Positions 55,525 to 64,000 of a DNA stretch of 64,000 nucleotides are shown here, in pieces. Each line of letters opens with the position of its first letter. Within the stretch, counting starts at the first letter, position 1. The stretch spans positions 1 to 64,000 of the IMG/VR virus record IMGVR_UViG_3300028591_000070; one strand, 5' to 3'. Both the position numbers and the translations under genes were made by a program. This DNA is from a virus (taxonomy: Duplodnaviria; Caudoviricetes). Below the pieces are notes generated by a model. That model ran no database searches, had not been told where the DNA came from, and worked only from the letters and a program-made list of their open reading frames with translations.

Positions 55525-58500
55525 ATGGCACTAGATACTGAAAATATGAACGTTTATAAAGTAGAAACTGATAATGACATCTACAATGTAGTTAGAAACT
55601 ATGATATTAATAAACTTTTTGATAAGCTTATTGTGCCAAATGCTACCAAGGAACAACTTAAAGACAATCTTAAAAAGGCCTTAAATGAGAAAAATAATGA
55701 TGAAGCTTTAAGAATATTAAATTATCTTTTAAAATATAAACATAATTATTATAAAAGAAACGATGTTTTATTAGATGACGAAAGTCCTAATTCTCAAGAA
55801 AAAACAATTACTCTAAAAGACGCAGGCTATTATGAGATTATTATGGAGGCGGCTTCAGCTAAGTCTCCATGGTTTAACAAAGCCGGTGAAAATTTTGAAC
55901 ATTTTTTAGTTAAAGGGTCACCATGGACAGATAATATTCCTAATAAAAATTCTAATAATATTGATCTCATTTCAAACAGTCAAAAAAGTTTATATTTATT
56001 AAAAAATTTTAATTATGTTCTTATAAATAAAACTAATGATAATGTATTTGTAGTATATATTGGAAATTATGAATTAAATGATAAAGGATGTTTCTTATTT
56101 AAGAAATATCAAAAACAATATAATGAATTAAATCTTAGAAGTTTAACAACTCTTATAGAAGAGTTTCCTTATAAAACATATCAAAATATTGAAACTGCTA
56201 TATCTGGAATAGTTTCGTCCTTTGAAAAAATTAATACAGGCTTATTAGATTATTTTGAATATAATTCATCTGCTTTTGCAGCTTATGGTTCAAGACAAAT
56301 TTTTTTAGAAACTTTCAAAACACTTTTATATAGTAAAATAAATTTGGATCATAAGGTATACCTTAAAGGGTCTAAAGAAGATGAAAGTGATTTAAAAGAT
56401 ATTAAAGATAATATTATTTTTGATGATGTTTATGCTTGGACTCAATCTTCAGATGCTACATATGAGCAAAAACATTATTATGACAATTTTGTTCAAACTA
56501 ATAATCTTAGTCCTTCAGGAGAAAGTGCTTATTTATCAAAAATTATTAGATGTGATGCCAACTCTCCAGTAGCATATAAGCTCCAAGGATTTGAGGATGA
56601 CCAAAATACATACTTAAACTTAAAAGAAAAAGGTGAGATTCACATTTTAAATAAACCTACTCCTAAAGAAATAGATAAATCAAACTTTGATAAAAATTAT
56701 AGCTTATCTAAAAAGGTAGACCATAAAAATGTAGGCCTTATATATGGTTTTGATTATGATACATTTGGATTGAACTCTAGCTTTGAAAATTTTATTGGAG
56801 GTGGCAAAAAAGGATACGGCCCTCATATGAACCATCAAGATAATTGCTATTGGTGTAATGGAGAGGATGCTCACATTAAAATTAGATATTTAGGTGATAA
56901 TGATTCTATTCTTAAAAGGGTTTTTTTCCAGAATGGTTCATACCCTACTAGTGGAAAAAGAATTTCTCTTTCTGGAGAAAAGTCGGCATTAGATAATTTT
57001 AATTATATTGATGTGCCATCTGGATCTACATTAGAGTTTAAATACAAATGTTCTTCTTGTATTAAATCTTTAAACTTTGATAAATGTTTTGTCACAATTT
57101 TAAAAAATAATTCTTCAGTATATAATTCTAAATATTCAACTTATGGATATGAAGCAAAGTTAGATATTAAGACTGTAAATACAAATGACCTTTTATCAAA
57201 ATTGAATAAATCTGAAAATATTTTATTTAATCAGAGTAATTCTACAATAAATCTTTCAGAAATATATCAAGCAATTGGCAACAATAAATGGACTATGAGT
57301 GAGTTGTTTTTTAATAACTCACACCTTGTTGATGGCTGTGAAGATTTCATTGATTTTAAAATTGATAAAGATTGGAATTATTATACTATCTCATTTAAAG
57401 TCTTTGATAATATGATTCTGGACTTTGGTGACCTATCTACAGAAGTTGAATATTATAATAATGTTATTTTAGATTCAATAGATGAGTCGTCTGTATGTAA
57501 TGAACAATTACCACAAAAAGAATATTTTAATAAATCAAATACTCATGATGAAAAAAATTTTATTAAAGAACTTTCATTTACAAATGAACTTCAAGATAGA
57601 ATCTTAGATGATAACTTAAATACTCTCTACAATAAAAATTATAATAATACCGTTTCATTTGATTCTGATAATTCTGGTGGACAAACTATTAACAGTACCA
57701 TCTTTGATACAGAGAGAGATAAAAATGAAAGACTCGACAAATATCATGATTATAGAGTTTTCTGTGAGCTTTTTGAAAAAATTTATATTACTATAAAATC
57801 TGGTAATCAAATCAGTTTATTGCCTATTAACCATAATATTTCTTTTGGTGATTATGAACAAAAGAAATATGGCTATATTACAAACTTTTATTTTAAGAGA
57901 ACTGCTTTTTCAGAAGAACAGATTTATAATAAAAGAATTTCGGTTAAACAAGGGGAATTTATTTATTTTAAATGTGAATACAATTCATGCCGTGTAGAAA
58001 TTGATAAAGAATTATCTTCTATGCCTATAGATACAGTAGTATATCCAGTAAACTATGATCCATTTAAATGTAAATATTATCCTCTAAATCCTGCAGATTA
58101 TGATACAGAAGATGTATATAAAGGTTATCCAAAATCTCTTAATTCTGAAGGTAGAACTTTCCAATGGATTAGATTTACAACATCAAATTCATCATATGAT
58201 ATTATCATTTTCTTAAAAAAGATTACTGTTGAAATCAATTTTTTAAGTAATCTATTTGGTGAAGAAATTGTTACAAAAAATTTTAGTTCAAATAAGTTTG
58301 AACCAAATGAAAATTTCTCATTTAGTATAAAGCTTCCAAAAATATGCAGAATTTCAAATCTTAGATACTCTGAGAAAGAAACATATTCATACATTGAAGA
58401 TGAAAAAATCCTTAATCCGGTTTATTTTAATGAAAATTATAGTTATGAATCATTTATAAGCTTTTATTCTCAGAATTCAAAAAAAGTTATTAAAAACTTT

Positions 58501-61500
58501 AAAGATTATGTTTATAGTTTGCCCAATATCCTTTCATCTTATACTGGTTCTAGACAGATTTTTGAATTATTTAAAAATACATTTTCTTCATTAGGTAAGA
58601 AAACCTCTTATTTTTCTGATGAAACTATTTCATTCTCATTAAATGCAAAATATGCAGACTCACATATTAGAATTTCTGAAGATTATATTATAGGCTCTAC
58701 TCTCTTTGAAAACTTTCAAGGAAAATATTCAGATCATATTTTATGTGAGGGTATTTATCGTTTTGTAGGTAATAGTGGAAACACAGGAAATGGCGGAAAA
58801 GGTGGCGATATTATTCCAGAAAAAATTTATGCTACTATTCTATCTGGTAGTGGTGGTGGAGGCCTTTATGGTGGAGATAGTGGTAAAGCTTGCCAAAATA
58901 ATATGATAAGCCCTCTGGATGGAGAACATTGGATGTTTTCTTTCCAGGTTTGGATTGGAATTTATATTCCTCTAGATTTAGGATGGCTCGGAGATTATTC
59001 TTTTTGGCTTTTTGGCCCATTCAAGGTTCCAGATCCTCGTGTAACAAAGGGTTGGGTCGAATCTTCTGGTAAAACTAAAGGTACCATTGGTCTTACTTGT
59101 TGGACAGGAATTGGATCTGGTTGTGGTGGACAAGGTTTTTATGGAAAAGGTCACACTGCTGGAGATGGTTCTTGGTTTTTAGGTGTATTAAAAGATACTC
59201 TAGTAGATGAAGGTTCAGCTCCATTAAATTCATCATATTGGGAACGTGATGAAGATTGGCCTTTAAATAGAGCTTTTGAAAAATTAGTTAATAATGCAAA
59301 CAACGTTCAAAAAAGCTATTTCATCAATTGTTTTAGCTATGATAAAGCACAAACCAAAAATAATATTTTACAAGGTGCAGATTATTTTGGTAATAATTTT
59401 AACGAAAGATACAGAGGAGCTTTTTTTGATACTATTATTGAGATAAACTCAGAAAAAAATAATAAAATTGTTTTATTCTCTAATGTAGGTTCATCTGGAA
59501 ATAATGGACTAAATGGCGAAAATTCTAAAATGAATTCTTCAGGTGTTATGGAGTCGATGCCTAAAGATGGTATTTGCGGCCAGGAAGGAAGACCTACACA
59601 TTTTGAATTTGACTCAAAAAGTTATTATAGAGTTATTAGTAGTTCTTATTTTACTAATATAAATGATAGTATTATTTTGGATGACAATTTAAAATTAAAT
59701 AAGGGTTTATTATGTGGTGGTGTGCATGATGTACAACCTCAAAAATCTATAAAAATTCCTAAAAGTTTTAATTTCAAGGATGGGTCACCTATATTAGGAT
59801 GGATGAGTACTTATCATAAAGATGGACGAAAAGCAATTATTATGGCAAAAGATGAATGGAATAAAAATTATTTTAAAGTTGACACCTTCAAATGGGATCA
59901 TCCATTAAATCAAGCATCTTATATACCAAAAGAAGAAAATACATTTAGCTCTATTTTGTATGCATCTTTTACTTATTTTTGGTTTCAACTAGACTTTGAT
60001 CTTAGGATAATTGATATTGTTAATCCTCTTGCCATTAATATTTTAGAAGGTTTTAAATATTTAATAAATCCTCAAGATGATGGAGAATGTATGGGTGTAA
60101 AGTTTAGACCTAAATTATTACCATTTTGTTGGGACACTAAGTCACATACAGCTTATACTATAAGCAATTCAAATTCAAAGTTGTCATATTCTGATATAAA
60201 TGATGATCCATTTACTGAATATTCTCCTACAAAATATCTAAATTTTGATAATAATAATCATTTTAGATCTGAATATCCTTTTATATTTGAGTCAAATTCA
60301 AATATAGACACAGTAGAATTAAATAATATGTTTTATAAATCAGGTAAGTCAAAAGAAATTAATGAATCATATGGAAATCGTTATAATGCAGAATTAAAAA
60401 CCTCTATTTATAATTTTATAAATTGTTATAATAACTTACAAAAACCTATTTGGACAGATCAAAATATCTTTAAAAATGATACACTATGTGTAAGTAATAT
60501 TGGTCTTACTAGGACTAATAGTGGGGAAGGCCGTTTACTTAAATTAAAAGATGTAAATACAACTTCCCCAGCTATAGTACGAAATAGTTTTTCATTATCA
60601 AAAAGTACTGTTAGCATTATAAAAAATCATTTATATAAATGTATTTTCCAAATATCTAATGACATTTATGAATTACCTATAGATGGATTTGATGAAGGCT
60701 TATGTAATATTTTACCAAAGATTTTAACAAATAATATCACTATTATTAATGACTCATTTGTACCTTTTAATTATAATATCAGTAATATTGCTTATTCTTC
60801 AGAAGTATTTAGTAAAGTGTTTAATCGTCTTGATAGATATGGTAACCCTTTAAATTTTTATGATATTAGTGAGGCATTAGTTACAAAGTTTAAAAATACA
60901 GAAAATTTAATTACAGTATTTAGGATTTCTAAAAAATCTAAGTCAACTTATGAAATAAGCCATGTTAGTAGTAATCTTAATCGGAATAAATTTATTCTAG
61001 AAATAGTTGATACAAAAAGAGATAATCTTGTTCTTTATAATAGCCTTAAAAGTGAAACGAGCTCTATTCAAATTTCTAATATAAATGATTTATCTATTAA
61101 GACATCTTATAACAATTTGAAAATTAAAAAAGGTAATGACTATTATATTATTATTTATGATAAATATAATTATTTATATGGAAATATACAGCATAATAAT
61201 ATTATAGATGGCGTTGCAGAAACTGAAAAAACAAAATACTTAAATTATTTTTTGGAATATACTACTTCTAGAGGAAGAATTCCTGTTATAAGCACATGCT
61301 TGGATAGCTTAATATTCTTAGGAAGAAATCCAGAGAAATTAAATTCAAAAGATGCCGAAAATGTTAAATTAGCTTATATTTATAGTGGAAATATTTATAC
61401 TTATGGGTCTACTATTTATAATAGAGATACTCTAAAGCAAATTTCAAATATTAATTTATCATTAGACTTAGAGCCAATAGATGATAATTCAACTTGTGTT

Positions 61501-61578
61501 GCCTTAATCGACTATAAGCATCTTTGCCATGGCGATATAATTCTAAATCAATCAAACTCAGATTGGCTCAAGATTTAA
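55525..61578 (+). CDS. 2017-aa putative tail fibre/baseplate-associated protein with Gly-rich patches
   Basis: AGYYEIIMEAAS, GNSGNTGNGGKGG, SGSGGGGLYGGDSG; lies between sheath and tube/baseplate genes; ACTAA at -12. Confidence 0.55.
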   Translation: MALDTENMNVYKVETDNDIYNVVRNYDINKLFDKLIVPNATKEQLKDNLKKALNEKNNDEALRILNYLLKYKHNYYKRNDVLLDDESPNSQEKTITLKDAGYYEIIMEAASAKSPWFNKAGENFEHFLVKGSPWTDNIPNKNSNNIDLISNSQKSLYLLKNFNYVLINKTNDNVFVVYIGNYELNDKGCFLFKKYQKQYNELNLRSLTTLIEEFPYKTYQNIETAISGIVSSFEKINTGLLDYFEYNSSAFAAYGSRQIFLETFKTLLYSKINLDHKVYLKGSKEDESDLKDIKDNIIFDDVYAWTQSSDATYEQKHYYDNFVQTNNLSPSGESAYLSKIIRCDANSPVAYKLQGFEDDQNTYLNLKEKGEIHILNKPTPKEIDKSNFDKNYSLSKKVDHKNVGLIYGFDYDTFGLNSSFENFIGGGKKGYGPHMNHQDNCYWCNGEDAHIKIRYLGDNDSILKRVFFQNGSYPTSGKRISLSGEKSALDNFNYIDVPSGSTLEFKYKCSSCIKSLNFDKCFVTILKNNSSVYNSKYSTYGYEAKLDIKTVNTNDLLSKLNKSENILFNQSNSTINLSEIYQAIGNNKWTMSELFFNNSHLVDGCEDFIDFKIDKDWNYYTISFKVFDNMILDFGDLSTEVEYYNNVILDSIDESSVCNEQLPQKEYFNKSNTHDEKNFIKELSFTNELQDRILDDNLNTLYNKNYNNTVSFDSDNSGGQTINSTIFDTERDKNERLDKYHDYRVFCELFEKIYITIKSGNQISLLPINHNISFGDYEQKKYGYITNFYFKRTAFSEEQIYNKRISVKQGEFIYFKCEYNSCRVEIDKELSSMPIDTVVYPVNYDPFKCKYYPLNPADYDTEDVYKGYPKSLNSEGRTFQWIRFTTSNSSYDIIIFLKKITVEINFLSNLFGEEIVTKNFSSNKFEPNENFSFSIKLPKICRISNLRYSEKETYSYIEDEKILNPVYFNENYSYESFISFYSQNSKKVIKNFKDYVYSLPNILSSYTGSRQIFELFKNTFSSLGKKTSYFSDETISFSLNAKYADSHIRISEDYIIGSTLFENFQGKYSDHILCEGIYRFVGNSGNTGNGGKGGDIIPEKIYATILSGSGGGGLYGGDSGKACQNNMISPLDGEHWMFSFQVWIGIYIPLDLGWLGDYSFWLFGPFKVPDPRVTKGWVESSGKTKGTIGLTCWTGIGSGCGGQGFYGKGHTAGDGSWFLGVLKDTLVDEGSAPLNSSYWERDEDWPLNRAFEKLVNNANNVQKSYFINCFSYDKAQTKNNILQGADYFGNNFNERYRGAFFDTIIEINSEKNNKIVLFSNVGSSGNNGLNGENSKMNSSGVMESMPKDGICGQEGRPTHFEFDSKSYYRVISSSYFTNINDSIILDDNLKLNKGLLCGGVHDVQPQKSIKIPKSFNFKDGSPILGWMSTYHKDGRKAIIMAKDEWNKNYFKVDTFKWDHPLNQASYIPKEENTFSSILYASFTYFWFQLDFDLRIIDIVNPLAINILEGFKYLINPQDDGECMGVKFRPKLLPFCWDTKSHTAYTISNSNSKLSYSDINDDPFTEYSPTKYLNFDNNNHFRSEYPFIFESNSNIDTVELNNMFYKSGKSKEINESYGNRYNAELKTSIYNFINCYNNLQKPIWTDQNIFKNDTLCVSNIGLTRTNSGEGRLLKLKDVNTTSPAIVRNSFSLSKSTVSIIKNHLYKCIFQISNDIYELPIDGFDEGLCNILPKILTNNITIINDSFVPFNYNISNIAYSSEVFSKVFNRLDRYGNPLNFYDISEALVTKFKNTENLITVFRISKKSKSTYEISHVSSNLNRNKFILEIVDTKRDNLVLYNSLKSETSSIQISNINDLSIKTSYNNLKIKKGNDYYIIIYDKYNYLYGNIQHNNIIDGVAETEKTKYLNYFLEYTTSRGRIPVISTCLDSLIFLGRNPEKLNSKDAENVKLAYIYSGNIYTYGSTIYNRDTLKQISNINLSLDLEPIDDNSTCVALIDYKHLCHGDIILNQSNSDWLKI

Positions 61579-61596
61579 TTTACTAATTTAATAGAT

Positions 61597-62442
61597 ATGG
61601 TTAGTATAGTTAAAGAATCAGATGACGCAAATAAAAAGAATAGTGCTGATTTCACTGGGGTAGATAAAGACATACAAGTTTATGAAAGAGATGTCTTAGA
61701 CTACCTCACAGACATGGAGCCTCAGTCTCAAAATCTTTTTTATGCTGGAAACTTTCTAGAAGTAGGATCTGGCTCAAGCTCAATTAAAGAATTTTATAAT
61801 GCTCATTATCGTATTGCAGGCATTCAACTACCAGGTATGTCATTTGATATGGAAACTGATAAACTAACTCGTATCCCAATGTTTAAGGCTTGTAATTTTG
61901 AATATAAAGTTACTATTGATTGGCGTGAAGATGTTTATCATTCTGTTCAAAAATATCATGAAGATTGGATGAGAAGATGGTATGATAGAGTTCATGATAC
62001 TTTAAGATGCGGTGTAAGTGGAAAGTTTCGTTCATTAGATTTAATTGCATATCATTATACAGCGAGTTCAGATCTTGCAACATTTTTAGAAGAGCCAGAA
62101 ATTGAACCTTTATTTTGGTATAGAATTGCTGGTATGGTACCTATCAATATTGAAGGTATGAAATTTGATGCTGCAAATGGTAAAAATGATGAATTATATT
62201 CTGTTCAATATATATGTTCTAAAATAGATTTACGATATAATATGAAATTCTTATCAACAGAACATAACTTATATGACACAACTGAAAGTGCCAAAGAAGG
62301 TAAATCTATGAATGATGTTGCTGTTTGGTCTCCTGAAGGAATAAATGAGTCATTTAATTCAGAAGCACAACAGAATCAAAATCTTGAAAAATTACGTTTA
62401 GCACGTACATTATCTACTACATATGATAGTTATTTATCTTAA
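61597..62442 (+). CDS. tail tube-fold protein (gp19/gp54-like)
   Basis: IQLPGMSF, VTIDWRED, EDWMRR, GMVPINIEG..FD pattern. Confidence 0.55.
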   Translation: MVSIVKESDDANKKNSADFTGVDKDIQVYERDVLDYLTDMEPQSQNLFYAGNFLEVGSGSSSIKEFYNAHYRIAGIQLPGMSFDMETDKLTRIPMFKACNFEYKVTIDWREDVYHSVQKYHEDWMRRWYDRVHDTLRCGVSGKFRSLDLIAYHYTASSDLATFLEEPEIEPLFWYRIAGMVPINIEGMKFDAANGKNDELYSVQYICSKIDLRYNMKFLSTEHNLYDTTESAKEGKSMNDVAVWSPEGINESFNSEAQQNQNLEKLRLARTLSTTYDSYLS

Positions 62443-62451
62443 GGAGGTTTT

Positions 62452-62943
62452 ATGACAACTGAGAATACTTTATTAGGAAAAATGGTTGACCTCTTTGAGG
62501 AACCAGAAGGAACATCAAATATCATTGATTTAGACTTCGATCCGATGAATGAAGATGGTTGGAGTACAATGACTCGTTCATTAGTTGAAAAAAATAGTTT
62601 TGCTATATTAAATGCTTATAGAATGTGGTTAGCTTCTAGAAGAGGAGACTATATCAGAGAAAACCCTGATGCAAGTGGATATTTTCAATATGCCTTAAAT
62701 AATAAATATACATTTGAGAAAGCAAATGAAGAAAATGTTAAAAATGATATTATCAGACTAACTGCAGAAAGATTTCCTTTAATTAGATTGGTTGATTGTC
62801 AGGTAAAAGCTAATCAGTCTACTAAAAAATGGGAAGTAAAGGTTATTATAGAAGACTTAAAAAGTGGCAATTTTGTATCTATGGAAGAAAACTTAGACGT
62901 TGTAAACAAAGAAACAAATCAGGGATTTTTGGAGATTGAATAA
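62452..62943 (+). CDS. baseplate wedge protein, gp25/GPW-like
   Basis: WLASRRGDYIRENPDASG...IIRLTAERFPLIRL. Confidence 0.65.
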   Translation: MTTENTLLGKMVDLFEEPEGTSNIIDLDFDPMNEDGWSTMTRSLVEKNSFAILNAYRMWLASRRGDYIRENPDASGYFQYALNNKYTFEKANEENVKNDIIRLTAERFPLIRLVDCQVKANQSTKKWEVKVIIEDLKSGNFVSMEENLDVVNKETNQGFLEIE

Positions 62944-63362
62944 TGAACTTAAAAGAACTTAAAAAATTAGAAAGTGCATATTTTACTTCTGAAAAATCAA
63001 ACTTAAGAGAATATGCCAAAGCTTATAAAGAAATATACACAAAATGTAAAAGATTCTCTGGATTATGGCTTTCTGATGAAGTTTTAATTTCTGATATGGC
63101 TAGAGTTTATATTCAAGAACAAATGCATGATATGCAGCTTATAGCAAATGACTCAGATTTAAGACAAAGAATAAAAGGTGCAAGCAAACTTATAGTTAAA
63201 AATTTTGCTACAAAAGATGAAGTTTTAGCTTTAATTAAAAGATTAGATGTCCCACCTAGAAGTTTTGAAGAAGCACGTACAATGCTTGAAAAAAGTTATT
63301 TATATAGCAAGATTAAGCCTGAGACTCTTTCTGCTGTTCTCTCAGAATACTTAGGTCTTTAG
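62943..63362 (+). CDS. hypothetical protein
   Basis: 139 aa, translationally coupled (TAATG). Confidence 0.7.
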   Translation: MNLKELKKLESAYFTSEKSNLREYAKAYKEIYTKCKRFSGLWLSDEVLISDMARVYIQEQMHDMQLIANDSDLRQRIKGASKLIVKNFATKDEVLALIKRLDVPPRSFEEARTMLEKSYLYSKIKPETLSAVLSEYLGL

Positions 63363-63464
63363 TATATTTTTCAATACTGGTATAATATATTTCTTTTTTA
63401 GATTTTTTGATTTTAGGTTTATTTAGGTAGGCTAAAAGTTTCTTAAAAAACACAATTACTGGCA

Positions 63465-63902
63465 TTATTGCTGTTTCCTCTCGTCAAACAAATGTCTCTC
63501 ATTAAGCTCAGAAATAAAGAGTTCTAACTTAGAACAACTTATGCCACATTTTACAAATGATTCATCAGTATCTAATATTTCTTTAATCTCTTTCCAAGAT
63601 TTATTTTGAACATGCTTATAATAATAGGCTACTGATGTAATTATTGCTTCCTTAAATTCCTCTACTGAAGGGAAAGAAATTGTTTCTCCATTGAACGCTT
63701 CAATAATTGACATGAAGTTATCCAACCCCACTGCATTATACACATCTATCAGTTTTAAGATTTTTTCATCTTTATAGGAATTTCTTAATAAAAGTAAGGT
63801 TAAAATATCTCTTACTAAATCTGCTTGAGGCTTATCTGTTAATATATTATTAAGTTTATTTTTAAAAACAGAAGTCTCATTGTCAAAAAGTCTGTCTGCC
63901 AT
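63465..63902 (-). CDS. Mor-like regulator (tentative)
   Basis: VGLDNFMSIIEAFNGETISFP resembles the Mor dimerisation motif; ACTAA at -12. Confidence 0.45.
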   Translation of the reverse strand: MADRLFDNETSVFKNKLNNILTDKPQADLVRDILTLLLLRNSYKDEKILKLIDVYNAVGLDNFMSIIEAFNGETISFPSVEEFKEAIITSVAYYYKHVQNKSWKEIKEILDTDESFVKCGISCSKLELFISELNERHLFDERKQQ

Positions 63903-64000
63903 GGATTAATTAGTCTTTTGTCCAAAAGGCAAAAGATTAAAGCCATGGCCTTTTAAGTAAGTTATTTTATATGAGGCAAAATCAAATTTATTTATCCATT

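Noticed and set aside
1-64000. Stop-codon reassignment (TAG or TGA recoding, as in some gut jumbo phages)
   Set aside because: Genes tile densely in the standard code, and both TAG and TGA end genes at sensible boundaries
1-64000. CRISPR array, tRNA, rRNA, transposase or integrase
   Set aside because: No repeat-spacer periodicity, cloverleaf or recognisable motifs seen by eye; a tRNAscan/Infernal run would be needed to exclude short RNAs

Overview
This is a fragment of a large, very AT-rich dsDNA myophage genome (T4-like structural repertoire, probably jumbo-class), read in the standard genetic code. The host cannot be determined from the sequence. Core genes are scattered rather than modular: terminase large subunit, DnaB helicase, portal, gp23-like major capsid protein, neck, primase, SNF2 and Pif1/RecD helicases, tail sheath, tube-like and gp25-like baseplate proteins, plus GroEL, ClpP and Pth2. 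The main candidate novel system is an ~18 kb island (19.9-38.0 kb) directly after the major capsid gene. It holds seven radical SAM genes: five paralogues with an N-terminal Cys cluster (one clearly and one possibly fused to a glycosyltransferase domain) and two SPASM-type maturases, one with an atypical Cx16Cx2C motif. It also holds an aldo-keto reductase, two giant CxxC/CxxxC-repeat proteins (~65 Cys each, one fused to a histidine phosphatase), glycosyltransferases and UDP-galactopyranose mutase. An eighth radical SAM paralogue lies at 7.2-8.0 kb. Many island genes share the upstream ACTAA motif of the structural genes, which suggests late-expressed post-translational modification of virion proteins. 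Further signals read from the DNA: (i) three upstream motif classes, with ACTAA exactly 12 nt before 14 SD-less ATGs, implying leaderless late mRNAs; (ii) a hairpin that hides a late start codon in read-through RNA; (iii) a 63-bp palindromic element in two inverted copies 10 kb apart; (iv) stand-alone fragments of a family-A DNA polymerase, with an intein-like remnant, and of NAD-dependent ligase. All assignments come from motif recognition by eye; no searches were run.
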